A stretch of 59,973 nt of DNA, the filler included, from Sphacelaria rigidula (taxonomy: Eukaryota), in NCBI GenBank assembly GCA_964200075.2. It is 8 parts of 8 records of this genome, joined end to end, with 100 filler letters (N's around TTAATTAATTAA, not from the genome) between each part and the next. Parts side by side here need not be neighbours in the genome. Positions count along the whole stretch, not along the records: positions 7,511 to 14,920 come from CAXNAA020015056.1; positions 15,021 to 22,429 come from CAXNAA020015057.1; positions 22,530 to 29,938 come from CAXNAA020015058.1; 5 more parts are not named here. One strand, 5' to 3'. The notes beneath the pieces were generated by a model. The model was not told the DNA's origin. It ran no database searches and was given only the letters and a program-made list of their open reading frames with translations. The position numbers and the translations under genes are program-made. Positions 11,042 to 23,534 of the stretch are shown one piece after another; the stretch's first letter is position 1; each line of letters starts with the position of its first letter.

Positions 11042-13840
11042 CTGTAGTATCATTATCATCATTATCACATTATCATCATGATCATCATCAATGTTTGTTT
11101 CTATTCCAATTATCCGCGGTTTGTTTGCGCCATTATTTCTCAAAGTTGAGATTGTGCGGACGTATATGGTCGAGGAGTTAGTAACAACGTGCGCCTCCGT
11201 GAATATATCGATTGTGCCAAGTTTCACCACTTCCTTCTCCCACAAGCAATAATTTCATCAACGCGTTGTGTAGGTTACCCATTTGGCGTTACGCCGGGTA
11301 ATACTAGATCACAGAACGCAGGCGTACCAACTACAGGCCAGTACCCACCCGCTTGGTTTTGTAAGTTATAAACTGTCATCATGGACAAGGCACGAGGGCG
11401 GGTACACCCTGTTTTGAGGGGGTGGCTGGGTAACGCCAAGATATCCCTCAGACAGTGGCAATAAAATATGTTGTCACAAGAAAGTATTGTCAGGCTTGTT
11501 GGCATCATCGCAGCTTTTATTTCATCGCGCACACTGGGAGAAAGATCTCACACACTGGAATAACCTCACAACACATCAGGTACGCATCGTCAAAATATGA
11601 CGCGAGTTAGGCGAGAGTAGATGGTCCGATAACGGTGTGATAGCCCAGCGGGCAGACAAACACACACACCAAAGAAACAAGGGAAGCAAAATGCAAAAAG
11701 TAAAGTATGATGAAATACATTCGGGCAAAAACCGCTTCGATCCCGCTTCCGATTGAACACGAAATGACACTTTCTACGATAGCCCCCCCCCCCCCCAAAA
11801 GTGCATGGTTTTGGGAGGCAAAATCTCCACGTAAATCGAGATGGGAAAAGCCGAGCACAGCGAGAAGCTGGGAATTCCCACGCTTGGGTTCGTTCTAGCC
11901 AATGTCGCCAATATGAGGCGCTTCATGCCGCCTGAACCCGAACATCAGGCGCTTCATGGCCATTTTTTTCGTGACACTTTTAGCTGGTTTTTGGGGGGGG
12001 GTATCGTAGAAAGTGTCAAATATGTGGAAGCATGATGTTGAAGGGAAAGAGGGATATTGCCGACGAATATGCACACACACCTACTGCAGTACTTGTATGA
12101 GTGCCGTGTCTCATTCTGTGCTGGTGCAAACGTCAAGTACTTGCTGCCCGAGGCATTACGGGACAGATGGATGCGACGCGGTTGGAAGCAGCTCATTCGT
12201 GTGATGCCAGGCTAGCTGCGGAAGATGCTGTACGAATTTGTCACGGTGTTGGCTACATACTATAGCTTGCCTGTGTGAGTCGGGTAGCTTGTGGTCCACT
12301 GTATTCAGCGGAGCACGCGGGGGGGGGGTTGCTGTATTGATGCTCCAGATAGGAAATCTCTTCGCCCCCACCAGACTTTGGAGCCGCTGAAATTTCGAGT
12401 GGTGAACCGCGTCCACCAAAGCAGTAACAATGTATTTCCCGCCACGCGTGAGGACGGGAAAACGCGGTGTTGCATGTAGTAAGCACTACACACACTCGTG
12501 TGACATCTCCTTGACAACCCGTCAGCAGCTCCAAGAGAGCAAAGTATATTCGAGTAGCTCAACGCACCACGCATTATCTATACTGCGGGCCACTACAATT
12601 GCCATTGTATTCTGAATGCAACACAATGTTATTGTCCCTTCTCCTTTTTGTATCACTACGTTTGTAAACGCATGTAGTTATCCAAACACATACAGTTGTA
12701 CAGCGATTAACAACACTTAGCTGAAAAACAATACACCCCTCTCACAATATTACAACACACCAAGACGCGGTCCTTACTCTCGTCGGGAAATACATATACC
12801 GTTCGCTTCGACATGTCCGCCTCCGATATGCCCGACTACTCTGTATCAAATTTGGCAATACAAACGCACGTGAACCTCTGCCGCTCATGAAAAAACTTGA
12901 AATTAGGCGAACTAAGCCCGAGCTTTCTTATCTTATGCAAAGACCTGCTGGACTACACTTCGTGTTGTGCAGTCGTCGCTGAACCTGAACACGTTCTTAT
13001 TTTTTCGGAAATCTCAGCCTTTCCTACGACAACCTTGTTGTTTTTTCGAGCGTGGGCCGCTGCTGGATATCCTCTGGCAACAAGAATCATCACGTGAAAA
13101 TGAACGAAGTCGTTTCGTTGTAGTTGGAAGTAACGTAGTACTTCTCTCTCACACCTCGTCGACGACCAGTTACACAACCCTACCAAAATTGTCCTTTATG
13201 TACAACCCGCGAACTATATTATGTACACGGACGGTCATGTTGAAAAAAAACGCGGTGAAAAATAACAGCTCGCCGTGCACCACCTGTTCCGGCCTTCATT
13301 TTACTTATCACTGCCCCCCCCGCCACCCCCCTTCCCCTCATCAAATACCCTCCTACATACCCTACAAGCGCACTTGAAAAAATATACCAAAAACACAACA
13401 AAGAAAAATGGCACCACGCACACCGTTCGCGTTTGTTTCTGTTAAGGACAGCACATCAATGAATAGAGTCACCCATCGACACCAACAGTGAATGAGTGAT
13501 TGATCCGCGACAAGTGGCTAAGATCTGCAGGAAAGTCACCGCCGTTCTTCGCAAAAAAAAACGTTTGCGAGACACGACTCGGCCGAGGAAGTGAACATCA
13601 TGTTGTCCATGGACACAAACTGCATGGCGGGCACCACGCCGAGGGTAGGACAGCCGTCCCCGTGTCCGGAAGCCGAACGTACGATGTCGTCGCATCCCTC
13701 CTGCTCGTGTCTCTCGCCGAACCTGGGCGCCGATGCACAGCAATGTATGTAGACCCGGGCGGGAAGGAGAATGCATGGTGATGCGTTGATGGTGACCTAT
13801 TATAGTGCTTGAACAGTCGCTCTGTTTTTTGTATATTTTC

Positions 13841-14011
13841 CACACCTTGGACAATATATGGTCAACATATGTAATAGATAAGAAAAATACTGCATAAAGT
13901 ATAGGCCTGTTGCGACTATTGTCGGCCCACAATCGCCGCAATAGGCCTATACTTTTGTGCAGTACACTTTTCGTCTATTGCATCTATTGACCATATATTG
14001 TCCAAGGTGTG
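13841..14011. mobile_element. Fold-back MITE with an 8-bp TSD
   Basis: CACACCTTGGACAATATATGGTCAA...TTGACCATATATTGTCCAAGGTGTG, flanked by ATATTTTC at 13833-13840 and 14012-14019. Confidence 0.9.
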
Positions 14012-14453
14012 ATATTTTCCTCGTCTCCTCTCTCAAACTTCCTCCGCCAAGAAGCAAAAGTGTTGTTCCCATTGTGTTCACGGTTCAGACGAATCATCGA
14101 CGGTTCGAATCACCAAATAAATCCACTTTTTTTCCGGCCGGATTGCTTGAAAAAAAGGAGAACAAAAAGGTCGACCGCTGGTCAAAAAGGTCTGCGCGTG
14201 ATTTTATAATAGCGCCATTCCACGTACCTGGGCTGCGCCTTCGTGGGTTGCAACGCTGACAACAGGGCTCAAGGATTGACATTCGTACGGTACAAATCAA
14301 TGACACTAAAATGAAGTAATTTCCAGACGAATCATTAATAATCCGTCCCACCCTTGGTTTTGTCCACCATGGGTGGTACCTCTACCGTCTCGTGACCACG
14401 GCTGACTCCCTCGGGACTCAATCCATGTCCCACAACCAATCATTCAGGTTTCA

Positions 14454-14751
14454 CAATGTTTTCGTGAAATTGAGAGTAGAGCGTTGATTGAGAGTGGGTT
14501 TAAATGTTCGCTTCAACTTGACCGATTTCTCATTCGGTGTGTGCTCATCTTTGCCTGTAGCACTGGCGTGTGCTTACAGCTACACGACGATATCCTACTC
14601 GGGGATATATCAAGGGCTTCAGTGGCAAGAAACTACGAAAAGCGTGTCGGGCCCAGTGGAGGGGCATTTCACAACTGAAACTATTTATTCAGATATTGAT
14701 CGCTTTTCACTCTCACTCGTATCCTCTACTCTCAATCTCGCGAAAACATTG
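14454..14751. mobile_element. MITE with ~28-bp TIRs
   Basis: CAATGTTTTCGTGAAATTGAGAGTAGAG / CTCTACTCTCAATCTCGCGAAAACATTG. Homologs at 32082-32382 and 45057-45120. Confidence 0.82.
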
Positions 14752-14920
14752 TTGTTTGCGTTTTTCCGATTTACACCTGTTTGGGCTGTGCGAGAGCTAG
14801 ATCTCCCACGTTTGCAGACAGATGTGGTCAAAGTGTGGGAGTGATGCTACGGTAGTGGTACAGAAATAATTTCTGAGATTAGAATTGTTAGGAGCCTCCT
14901 ATCTCATCCAAAACACGACT

Positions 14921-15020
14921 NNNNNNNNNNNNNNNNNNNNNNNNNNNNNNNNNNNNNNNNNNNNTTAATTAATTAANNNNNNNNNNNNNNNNNNNNNNNN
15001 NNNNNNNNNNNNNNNNNNNN
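14921..15020. other. Artificial contig linker
   Basis: Same 100-bp N/TTAATTAATTAA/N structure. Confidence 0.98.
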
Positions 15021-15297
15021 ACTTTCAGCGATGGTACCCGATGACGTTCTTGTCGGCCAAATGCCCCTCGATCGCGTAGATACCTTTTCAGCGCATTTTG
15101 CCGACTCTATGAGCTTACAGCGCTGACCGAACCCGCTGTTTTCCCTGATATCACCCCTCTTAAAAATAAGTGGAAATGGCGGTTTCGGACAGCGCTGTAA
15201 GCTCACAGAGTCGATAAAATGCGCTGAAAAAGTATCTACGCGATCGAGGGGCTTTAGGCCGACAAGAAAGTCATTGGGCACCATCGATGAAAGTGTG
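15021..15297. mobile_element. Fold-back MITE (~120-bp arms), left tip lost at the contig end
   Basis: actttcagcgatggtacccgatgac... pairs with ...gtcattgggcaccatcgatgaaagt. Ends in GTGTG like the 13841 element. Confidence 0.85.
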
Positions 15298-16619
15298 TAG
15301 AAAGTACTGTTTTGGGCTCGAACATCATTTAATTGCTGAACCTCATTTTATAGAATTGTCTGTTCACTGGTGCTAGAGTAGTATACTTACGTAGACTCCG
15401 ACTTGGACGAACGCAGGATAAGACAAGTGGGTGCGAGGACTAGTACAATACCGAGCAATGCAACGGTAGGGGTGAACTTGTTTCGCGAAATTATGTCTGG
15501 TTCAGAGGCTCCTAACGATTCTGGACGCACACGATTATGGGCCAGGGCATCCCCGTTTGCAGATTCATTCGGGATATCCCCATAACATCGGAATAGTTAT
15601 CCTGGCGTACTCTCGCATATGTTCACAAGTCGTACCGTAGCATCACTTTACTAGACTCAAAACGTTGGGGGCATCGGGGGCTGATGCCCCACACACTTGA
15701 CTGTGGTCGCATCTTCCTCCAATTCACATCGATACCAACTCTCTTTCTTTTACAACCCTAGAACCCCTTCAGATTTACAGAAGCACTCCCAGATCGATTC
15801 CCACACGACTCGAAACCAAGCTCAACATACCGTATATGGAGCAACACATACTCTGTGTTGTACAGCTTGTTGACCTAGGCTGATTGGCCCCAATGACAGC
15901 CACCTCTACTTTCTTGGGCTATAGGTTCCATTGCACGGCATTGAGAGCAACGCGAACCGAGGAGACAAGGCCGAGATGAAAATGCTTTATCAAGTCCCTC
16001 CGTCCGAAGAGGTACACCCGATCGAACATTCTCCTTTCCAAATATGTACAGTTGAACCAATGTTTGCATCCTCGTTTCAGCGCAGCTGTTTCACTTGTTA
16101 CTCAGATATATGGGAATATTTCTAGCGAAGCGACGAGTCAAGCCCGCCGCGAGATATATTCGTTCCCGGTGCAAACTGCTTCTCCTATCCAACGTATATG
16201 CGAACAAAACGGCATATCATGCTGTTGAAAAGTATGGCACCTGGAACAATCAATAGACTTTACACACTGGCGAAATATCGCTATTCATTTCGGCCCTCCA
16301 CTGCCACCCGTACTGGAGAGAAATTGAGAAATTATGGCACAGTACCACCTGTGCCCCAGCACTTAGCGCACAAGGAGGACGAAACGCTGTTGAAATCACA
16401 CCGAATCAAGTTGTTGGTGGAGGTCCGCCTCTCGGTATCAATCACCCCCATCCTCCTCTCATTGTGAATAGAATGTACCTCGATGGTCATGCTGTTGCCG
16501 AAATACAAATTGCTACCCGGCACCATTTTTTGGCACGGTTCCTATTCCGCAGTGAAGAAACAACCTTCCCTATTGATGTGGACTCATCATACATATGTAT
16601 ACGCCATCAAAATGCAGCG

Positions 16620-17066
16620 AACACGCGATCTCACAAATTGGGGATGGATCTTCTCCTGGGGATGAGAAACCCGGTGGATTAAAATCACCGTATCCACACC
16701 AAATTTTCGAAATATTGTTCCATTTCTTCACTTACTGATAGCTATTGACAACTGCTACACGCCATAGAAATTTGGATTTTGATCACCGAAATGTTGAGGT
16801 CCTAGATGAAAAAAAACAATTTCAGAACCATTTTGGCGTCCGTTCGGACACCCGGAAATCCCCAAAATTGTTTTTTCATCCAGGACCCTAACATTTCGGT
16901 GATCGGAATCCAAATTTCTATGGCGTGCAGCAGTTGTCAATACCTATCAGTAGGTGAAGAAATGGAACCGTACTTCGAAGATTTGGTGTAGATACGGATA
17001 TTTTAATCCGCCGGGTTTCTCATCCCCAATGAAAGATCCATCCCCAATTTATAAGATCCCGTGTTA
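16620..17066. mobile_element. Fold-back element (~200-bp arms)
   Basis: aacacgcgatctcacaaattggggatggatctt... versus ...aagatccatccccaatttataagatcccgtgtt, with inner arm cacgccatagaaatttggatt / aatccaaatttctatggcgtg. Confidence 0.85.
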
Positions 17067-17479
17067 GCGACCTTTCGTTTGAATACCCACCTGCTGGGAA
17101 TGGAGCTCATCCCAGTTGTGCCAACCTTGATAAGAAGAGGAAAATGGTCTTGGCTTGGCAGTTGTTGAGTTTTCACCATCGACATTCGTTTGCTGTCGTG
17201 TGGTATTGCTTTTCCCCAGCGATACACAAACGCCTTGGAAAACGTTCACCCCCTTACGCCCATAGTCATGCAGAAAAGGATAGGATTTAGTGTTTCTCAA
17301 CAGGATAACAGGCACTTGAAATCGATGCGATATTTCGACGACGTTTTGTTCCGAGGACGTACGGTCGGAAGTCAATAAAAAATGAACCACAAAAATAAGC
17401 CATGTCCGAAAAATGCTTTCCCGATACGTCTATGTGAAGGAAAAAACAAGGAAAAAAAATGTCGAATAACTCTAGGAAA

Positions 17480-18343
17480 AACGACCGACAGTCCGAGGGG
17501 CCATGAAACCATGGATCGACTGCAGCAGCGACTCAGCCACTCCGTATTCTCGTGCAGCTGACGCAGGCCGCCCATTGAACCTGGAGTGCCGGACCATGTG
17601 ACTTCCATCAGTGGGAGGCTTGCCGTTACATGTACGTTTGCATGGCAGCTTTGTTGCTGCAAGGCATGCCTGCCACAAGTTCCACTGGCCAGTCCGGGAG
17701 ATTAACTGAGCAGCAAGTGTATGACGCGCGCCAGCCCATAGCATATTGTCTTGCGTCGCTGCAGCAACTGATGTTCGAAGAAACCTTCACTAGAAGACGG
17801 ATTGGCGACATGACCTGTATCGCTGCAGGGGTTCGGATGCCGATCCTGCTGGCATTCGCGGGGGGTGAGGCGGCCCGTGTCGCGCAGCGATCAACGTTCT
17901 GACGACGAGAAAACACGCCCGACATAAAGACGTTGACGTTCGAAAGTGCAATCATTCACGCAATCGAGGATGCTGTATCGCCTACTATTCGCAGCAGTCG
18001 GTATTCGGCGAGAAATTATAGCATGTAAATTGTGCGGGAGTAGCACTTGTTGTTTCGCACGAGCTGACGCTCGGGAGAGACCCGACCCAGTCATCCCCTC
18101 GATTCAATGGAAATTATCTTCAGATCGTCATCTGGCGCTAGCCACGCCACAATCTCGATCGGCTGGCCATGGCAACCTCCAATGGTCAGCTGAACCAGCG
18201 AAGCAGGCCATGGCATACCCTTCATTGCATAGATCATGCATTCCTGGAATGTCTACTGCTGCGGCGAACTACTCCACACTGCATTATCGATTTGTGATTC
18301 GAATTGCTTTTGAACATTGGTTCTTGCAGCGAGGCAGGCCATA
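17480..18343. pseudogene. Decayed FNIP repeat units downstream of the stop, in mixed orientation
   Basis: Minus-strand IWPASLQEPMF and MPWPASLVQLTIGGCHGQPIEIVAW; plus-strand QPIAYCLASLQQLMFEETF near 17730-17800. Confidence 0.65.
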
Positions 18344-20652
18344 TCACACAGCGTCGATCGGCTGGTTGAATGCTTTCCCGAACGTGAGTATCTGCAGTGA
18401 CGCAGGCCACGTCACACCATCGATCGACTGGTTGAATGCTTTTCCGAACGTGAGTACCTGCAGCGAGGCAGGCCATGCTACACCCTCTATCGGCTGGTTG
18501 AACTTCGACGAAAACGTGAGCTGCTGCAGTGACGCAGGCCATGCTACACCCTCGATCAGCTGGTTGAACTCCGACGAAAACGTGAGCTGCTGCAGCGACG
18601 CAGGCCATGCTACACGCTCGATCGGCTGGTTGAAGTCCGACGAAAACGTGAGCTGCTGCAGCGAGGCAGGCCATGCCACACCCTCGATCGGCTGGTTGAA
18701 CTTCGACGAAAACGTGAGCTGCTGCAGTGACGCAGGCCACGCCACGCCCTCGACCGGCTGATTGAAGTACGTTCCAAACCTCAGTTGCTGCAGTGACGCA
18801 GGCCATCTCACACGCTCGATCGGCTGGTTGAACTTCGACGAAAACGTGAGCTTTTGCAGTGATGCAGGCCATGCTACACTCTCAAGCGGTTGGTCAAAAA
18901 AAAAGCCTAACGTCAGCTGTTGCAGGGATGCAGGCCACGCCACACCGTCGATTGGCTGGTTAAACTTCGACGAAAACGTGAGCTGCTGCAGTGACGCAGG
19001 CCATTCCACACGCTTGATCGGCTGGTTGAAGTACATTCCAAACGTGAGATGCTGCAGTGACGCAGGCCATACCACACGCTCAATCGGTTGGTTGAACTTC
19101 GACGAAATCGTGAGCTGAGCAGGCCATGCTACACTCTCAATTGGCTTGTCAAAAACACAGCCTAACGTTAGCTGTTGCAGGGACGCAGGCCACGCCACAC
19201 CCTCGATCGCCTGGTTGAACTTTGACGAAAACGTGAGCTGCTGCAGTGACGCAGGCCATGCCACACGCTCGATCGGCTGGTCAAAGAGTTCTCCGAACGT
19301 CAGTCTCTGCAGTGACGAAGACCACGTCACACTCTCGATTGACTGGTTGAAATATTTTCCGAATGTCAGCTGCTGCATTGACCCAGACCATGCCACACCT
19401 TCAATCGGTTGGTCAAAGCTTGCTCCGAACGTCAGCTGCTGCAGTGACACAGGCCACGCCACATCCTTGATTGGCTGGTTGAAGTACGTTCCGAATGTGA
19501 GCTGCTGCAGTGACGCAGGCCATGATACACGCTCAATCCGCCGGTCAAAGCAATCTCCGAACGTGAGCTGTTGAAGGGCCGCAGGCCATGCTACACCCTC
19601 GATCGATTGGTTGAACTTCCACAAAAACGTCAGCTTCTGTATTGGGGCAGGCCATGCTACACTCTCAATCGGCTGGTCAAAGCTATCTCCGAACGTCAGT
19701 TGCTGCAGTGACGCCGACCATGCTCCACCCTCAATCGGCTGGTCAAAGTATTTTCCGAAGATCAGCTGCTGCAGTGATTCAGGCCACGCTACCTCTTCGA
19801 CGGCCTGGTTGAACTCCTCGCCGAATTTCAGCTTCTGCAGCAAAGCAGGCCATGCAACACCTTCGATCGGTTGGTTGAACTTTCGCCCGAATTCTAGCTT
19901 ATTCAGTAACGAAGGCCACACAACACCCTCGACGGGCTGGTTAAAGCAACATCCGAACGTCAGCTGCTGCAGTAACACAGGCCACGCTACCCCTTCCACG
20001 GCTTGGTTGAACTCCTCGCCGAATTTCAGCTCTTGCAGCGAAGCAGGCCACGAGACACCCACTATCGGCTGGTTGAACCTCCGCCCGAATTCCAGCTGCT
20101 GGAGAGACGCAGGCCACTCCACCCAAATGACGGCCTGATTGAACCTCTGGCCGAGTCTCAGCTCCTGCAGCGAAGCAGGCCAGACCACTCGCGTAATGGG
20201 TTTGTTGAACTCTGCTGGCATGGACGCACAGCCATCCTGAAACACAATTTTTCTGAGCTGCCGGGGCCAAACAAAAGAGTTCAGACTGTAGTTGAACATG
20301 TGGTCAAAGTATATGTTTCGTACATCGGACGAGAGGATGGCCTCGTGGGACATGATCTTCTTGTCAGCATTTGATGTCCAGATAATGCTACGAACTCGTG
20401 CCGGAGGCACTCGGGATTCAAGAGTGCGGCCTGTGCTCCCTGTCATCGGACTACGAGATTGCTCAGCGGAATCGGCCCATAGCGTTCGCGGTGTAGACCA
20501 ATCCAATTTCACTCTCACGGCGCCTGTCCTTCGACAAGCAATGCAGAGCTGCAGTGACGCCAGCTGTAAGTGTTTCGTGGGAAAGTACGAGTCTTCCTGG
20601 GACGAAGCTTCGTCGAGGGCAACGGTGAAGGCCTTCAGACAAAGGTTGCCGC
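18344..20652 (-). CDS. FNIP-repeat (LRR-like) protein, main exon with ~29 x 22-aa repeats
   Basis: 724-aa ORF with consensus FNQPIEGVAWPASLQQLTFGxx (66-bp units). The frame stays open upstream of the GTG (GNLCLKAFTVALDEASSQEDSYFPTKHLQLASLQLCIACRRTGA) to a pyrimidine-tract acceptor tttttttccgtgccccag at 20653. Confidence 0.9.
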
Positions 20653-20780
20653 CTGGGGCACGGAAAAAAAGGCGAGCACTATAGTAGTTCAGTTAGTGGA
20701 GGGTTATCAATAAGCGGAAGGGTACAGCCAGTCAGAGTCGGACGATATCATTACGTCTGACCATTTCCCAGCAGCCGTAC

Positions 20781-20819
20781 CACGATGAACAAGATAATTG
20801 CGGAACATCGCTCGAACAC
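20781..20819 (-). CDS. Putative upstream exon of the FNIP gene (VRAMFRNYLVHR)
   Basis: Acceptor ttttccactcag and donor G|GTACGG. Phase 1 joins in frame with the main exon. Confidence 0.4.
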
Positions 20820-22429
20820 CTGAGTGGAAAAAGGCTCAAAATTGGAAAACATATTTCGCTCTCCACCGTCAGCCCACAGTGACAAAAAAAATTCGTTTCA
20901 CTTCGAGTAACGACGGCTTTGTTCGAATGTAGTAATGCAAATTCCAAGCGCTCACCACGTGGAATTGTGGAGCCGCGGCCTTTCGACTCTTTGCCCCTGA
21001 CCCTTGCTGCATGTCTCTTGTCAGGTAAGTAGACGCTAGGTGTGAGGGGATAGCAGGTTGAGGTGCAAAACAATACGTTTCAGGGACTATTTTGTTCCCG
21101 AGGGTGCTACAGTGCGCTGAGTTGATATTGTTGTGGCATAGTGTCCACAGCATGTGTTACGCTCTTGATGGAGGTTATACACTTCACAGCTCGTTATAAC
21201 ACGGTTCACCTGTTGCCGTGTCCATAGTGGCCCTAGGGATACCACTCTGTCCACCTTTGGAGGCGTCGGTGGTTGATATTGTGCCGTACGCACGCACCAT
21301 CCTCAGCGCTTTACGCCAATTAACCTGTAATAAAGACGTCAGGGAATTGAGCGCATGCAGAAATCCTACGTCACGCTTTCTCGCATGCCCAAGACCAGAG
21401 GCGTGGAAGTCGACAACGTGCGGTTTACTTTCAGTCCCTGCAGCATCGAATGCCCATCGCTGAATATTAATTTCGTGGTTATCAATGAGTGGAAATACGT
21501 ACGAATGTCACTATCTTCAACACCCTCGCCGTTTTCTCCGGGATTCATCTGTTGTTGCTGACACCCCAGCGCCAGTATTCCGTCCCCTGCTCCCCTTTCG
21601 AAGTGCGTGCGACGTTACCACATACCAACACCCGTAGGAGCTGGCTCAGCCAAAAGCGCAACCGAACGTTGCGGACGATTGCGGAGCTCAGTTTCGATGT
21701 ATGATTTGTTGTGGGGGATCGCGAAGGTATGCTTCAAACTTTTCGCCATGACGGTGGGGCTTGATTTTCATCATGAGTTTGGGACAAAAAGCAACATCTA
21801 CTGTTTACGAAAAATATCCTTGATTTATCCATCAACTTGGTCTCGTTTTTTCTATTATATTCTTGTTATTCTCCATACCAGATCGCAACGCAAACCTTTC
21901 GAAATTCGGCTGCAAGATGCAGTTTTAGTACCGTGAGCCAATACGTTGGCTTTCTTACGGAATCTTGTGCACGCTAGATCTCTCAATGAGTGACGAATTA
22001 GGCAAGGTTAAGGGGCTCGACCGTGCTCCTATGCCCCGAAGAATGTCCGCCGCAAACATCAGCCCCATCCGCTGATTTAGTATGGCTTGGTTTCGCATAG
22101 ACTCACGTATCGAGATATCTCCTTATGTCACAACGCGTGGACATCCGGCTAGCCTCGAAATCCCCTAGTGAATTTTTCCCAACGTCTCCCAACATGCCGT
22201 CCGGTTTGAAATCCCCACAAGAGGATCTTAGGCATTCGTAATCCTCTGAGAATGTTTAACATCGGAAGCCTTCCTCCAAAGAATTTTCGGCATCGGGGTG
22301 TCCCTCGAGGGTTTGTGTCAATATCGAAATCTTTCGCATTGTTAACAGGGTTGCCAGAAAAATGAGACGGTATTTTGAAATGAGAATCCACCGCTCCCCG
22401 GGATTGTGCCCATTTTTCGGATTTAGTTT

Positions 22430-22529
22430 NNNNNNNNNNNNNNNNNNNNNNNNNNNNNNNNNNNNNNNNNNNNTTAATTAATTAANNNNNNNNNNNNNNN
22501 NNNNNNNNNNNNNNNNNNNNNNNNNNNNN
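22430..22529. other. Artificial contig linker
   Basis: Same 100-bp structure. Confidence 0.98.
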
Positions 22530-23534
22530 CAAGCATGATCATGAGTACACCCCCCCCCCCAAAGCAACACCATCACAAAAACATCGAGACTTTTTGTAAC
22601 CCAGAGGTACGAGAGTATGCACGATTAATGTGCACACCAAAACCTTTTTGTCGTGTCGGGATTCGAACTCGTGACCTATGTCATTTGAGGCTGTTGTATC
22701 AGTGTAACCACCGGGCCCACACAAAAAGGGTCACCCGAAGCCCAATTTTACGTATTCTTGGCTGAAAATTTACAAGGATGTGGTTGACGCGAGTGCCCGT
22801 ACGTGCCGCCGCGTTGTCATCGTTGATATCAACTTTGAGGAAATTATAGCATTTTCCCCGTTTTTGCTAAAACTTCAACTCGCTCCAACTTCCTTTTTTT
22901 TTTTCTCCTCTACACCCCTCACAGGGTTGCGCAGATTGATGATGAAAATATCGTGTCAAATTTTCAGCGTCTAACTCTTCGAATTGCCAAAAGCATCTCC
23001 ACTCTTCGCTTAAAAATCACTGATAACCGGCCCAGCTCGTACAAGGAAAAAACCGCTTGAAGTGCAACATCTCCGTCCCCAGCAGACGTGCGTCATGTCG
23101 CTAATACTCCCGAGTGGGGACTTCTTCGCTTGCTCAACAAATTTCAAATTTCTGCGAATTCTCGAGTCACTACTGGTAGTCCATGACTCACGACTGAGAC
23201 TTTTGCTGCATATAGGCTGGGTCGCCTGAGAAGCCTACTTTTGTTCAGCCCGTTCTGACTGACCATGTATCGCGAGTTGTGCCCACTATGACACATCGGG
23301 GTAATAGGCAAATCGGCGCGCGTCTTCAAATCTCTGTAGCACTGCGATCCGACAAGGTCTCATCAAACGAAATACCAAACTGTAGCCAAGTGCGAAAGTG
23401 GAAAGAGTTGAGGGTACTACGTGCGGCGGAATGAGCCGAGAGAAAACGGCTGAGATTGGATTTTCGGTTACAGTCAGTCTTGTGCCGCGTGGTGGCGCAC
23501 AAGCTGTAGCGCAATTCCCAAACTCAGTATGTCG

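Noticed and set aside
10967-11245. Poly-Tyr ORF
   Set aside because: Translation of the (TAG)n microsatellite.
9985-11532. SNF2/RING-like peptide snippets on the minus strand (WEKEVVK, WNRVLLDDSQ, CDNIFYCHCL)
   Set aside because: Motifs are imperfect and I could not build a phase-consistent exon chain; it needs a BLASTX search.
17946-20374. Long repetitive plus-strand and alternate-frame ORFs (CCSDAGHATPSIGWLNF...)
   Set aside because: Antisense and shifted-frame shadows of the 66-bp FNIP repeats.
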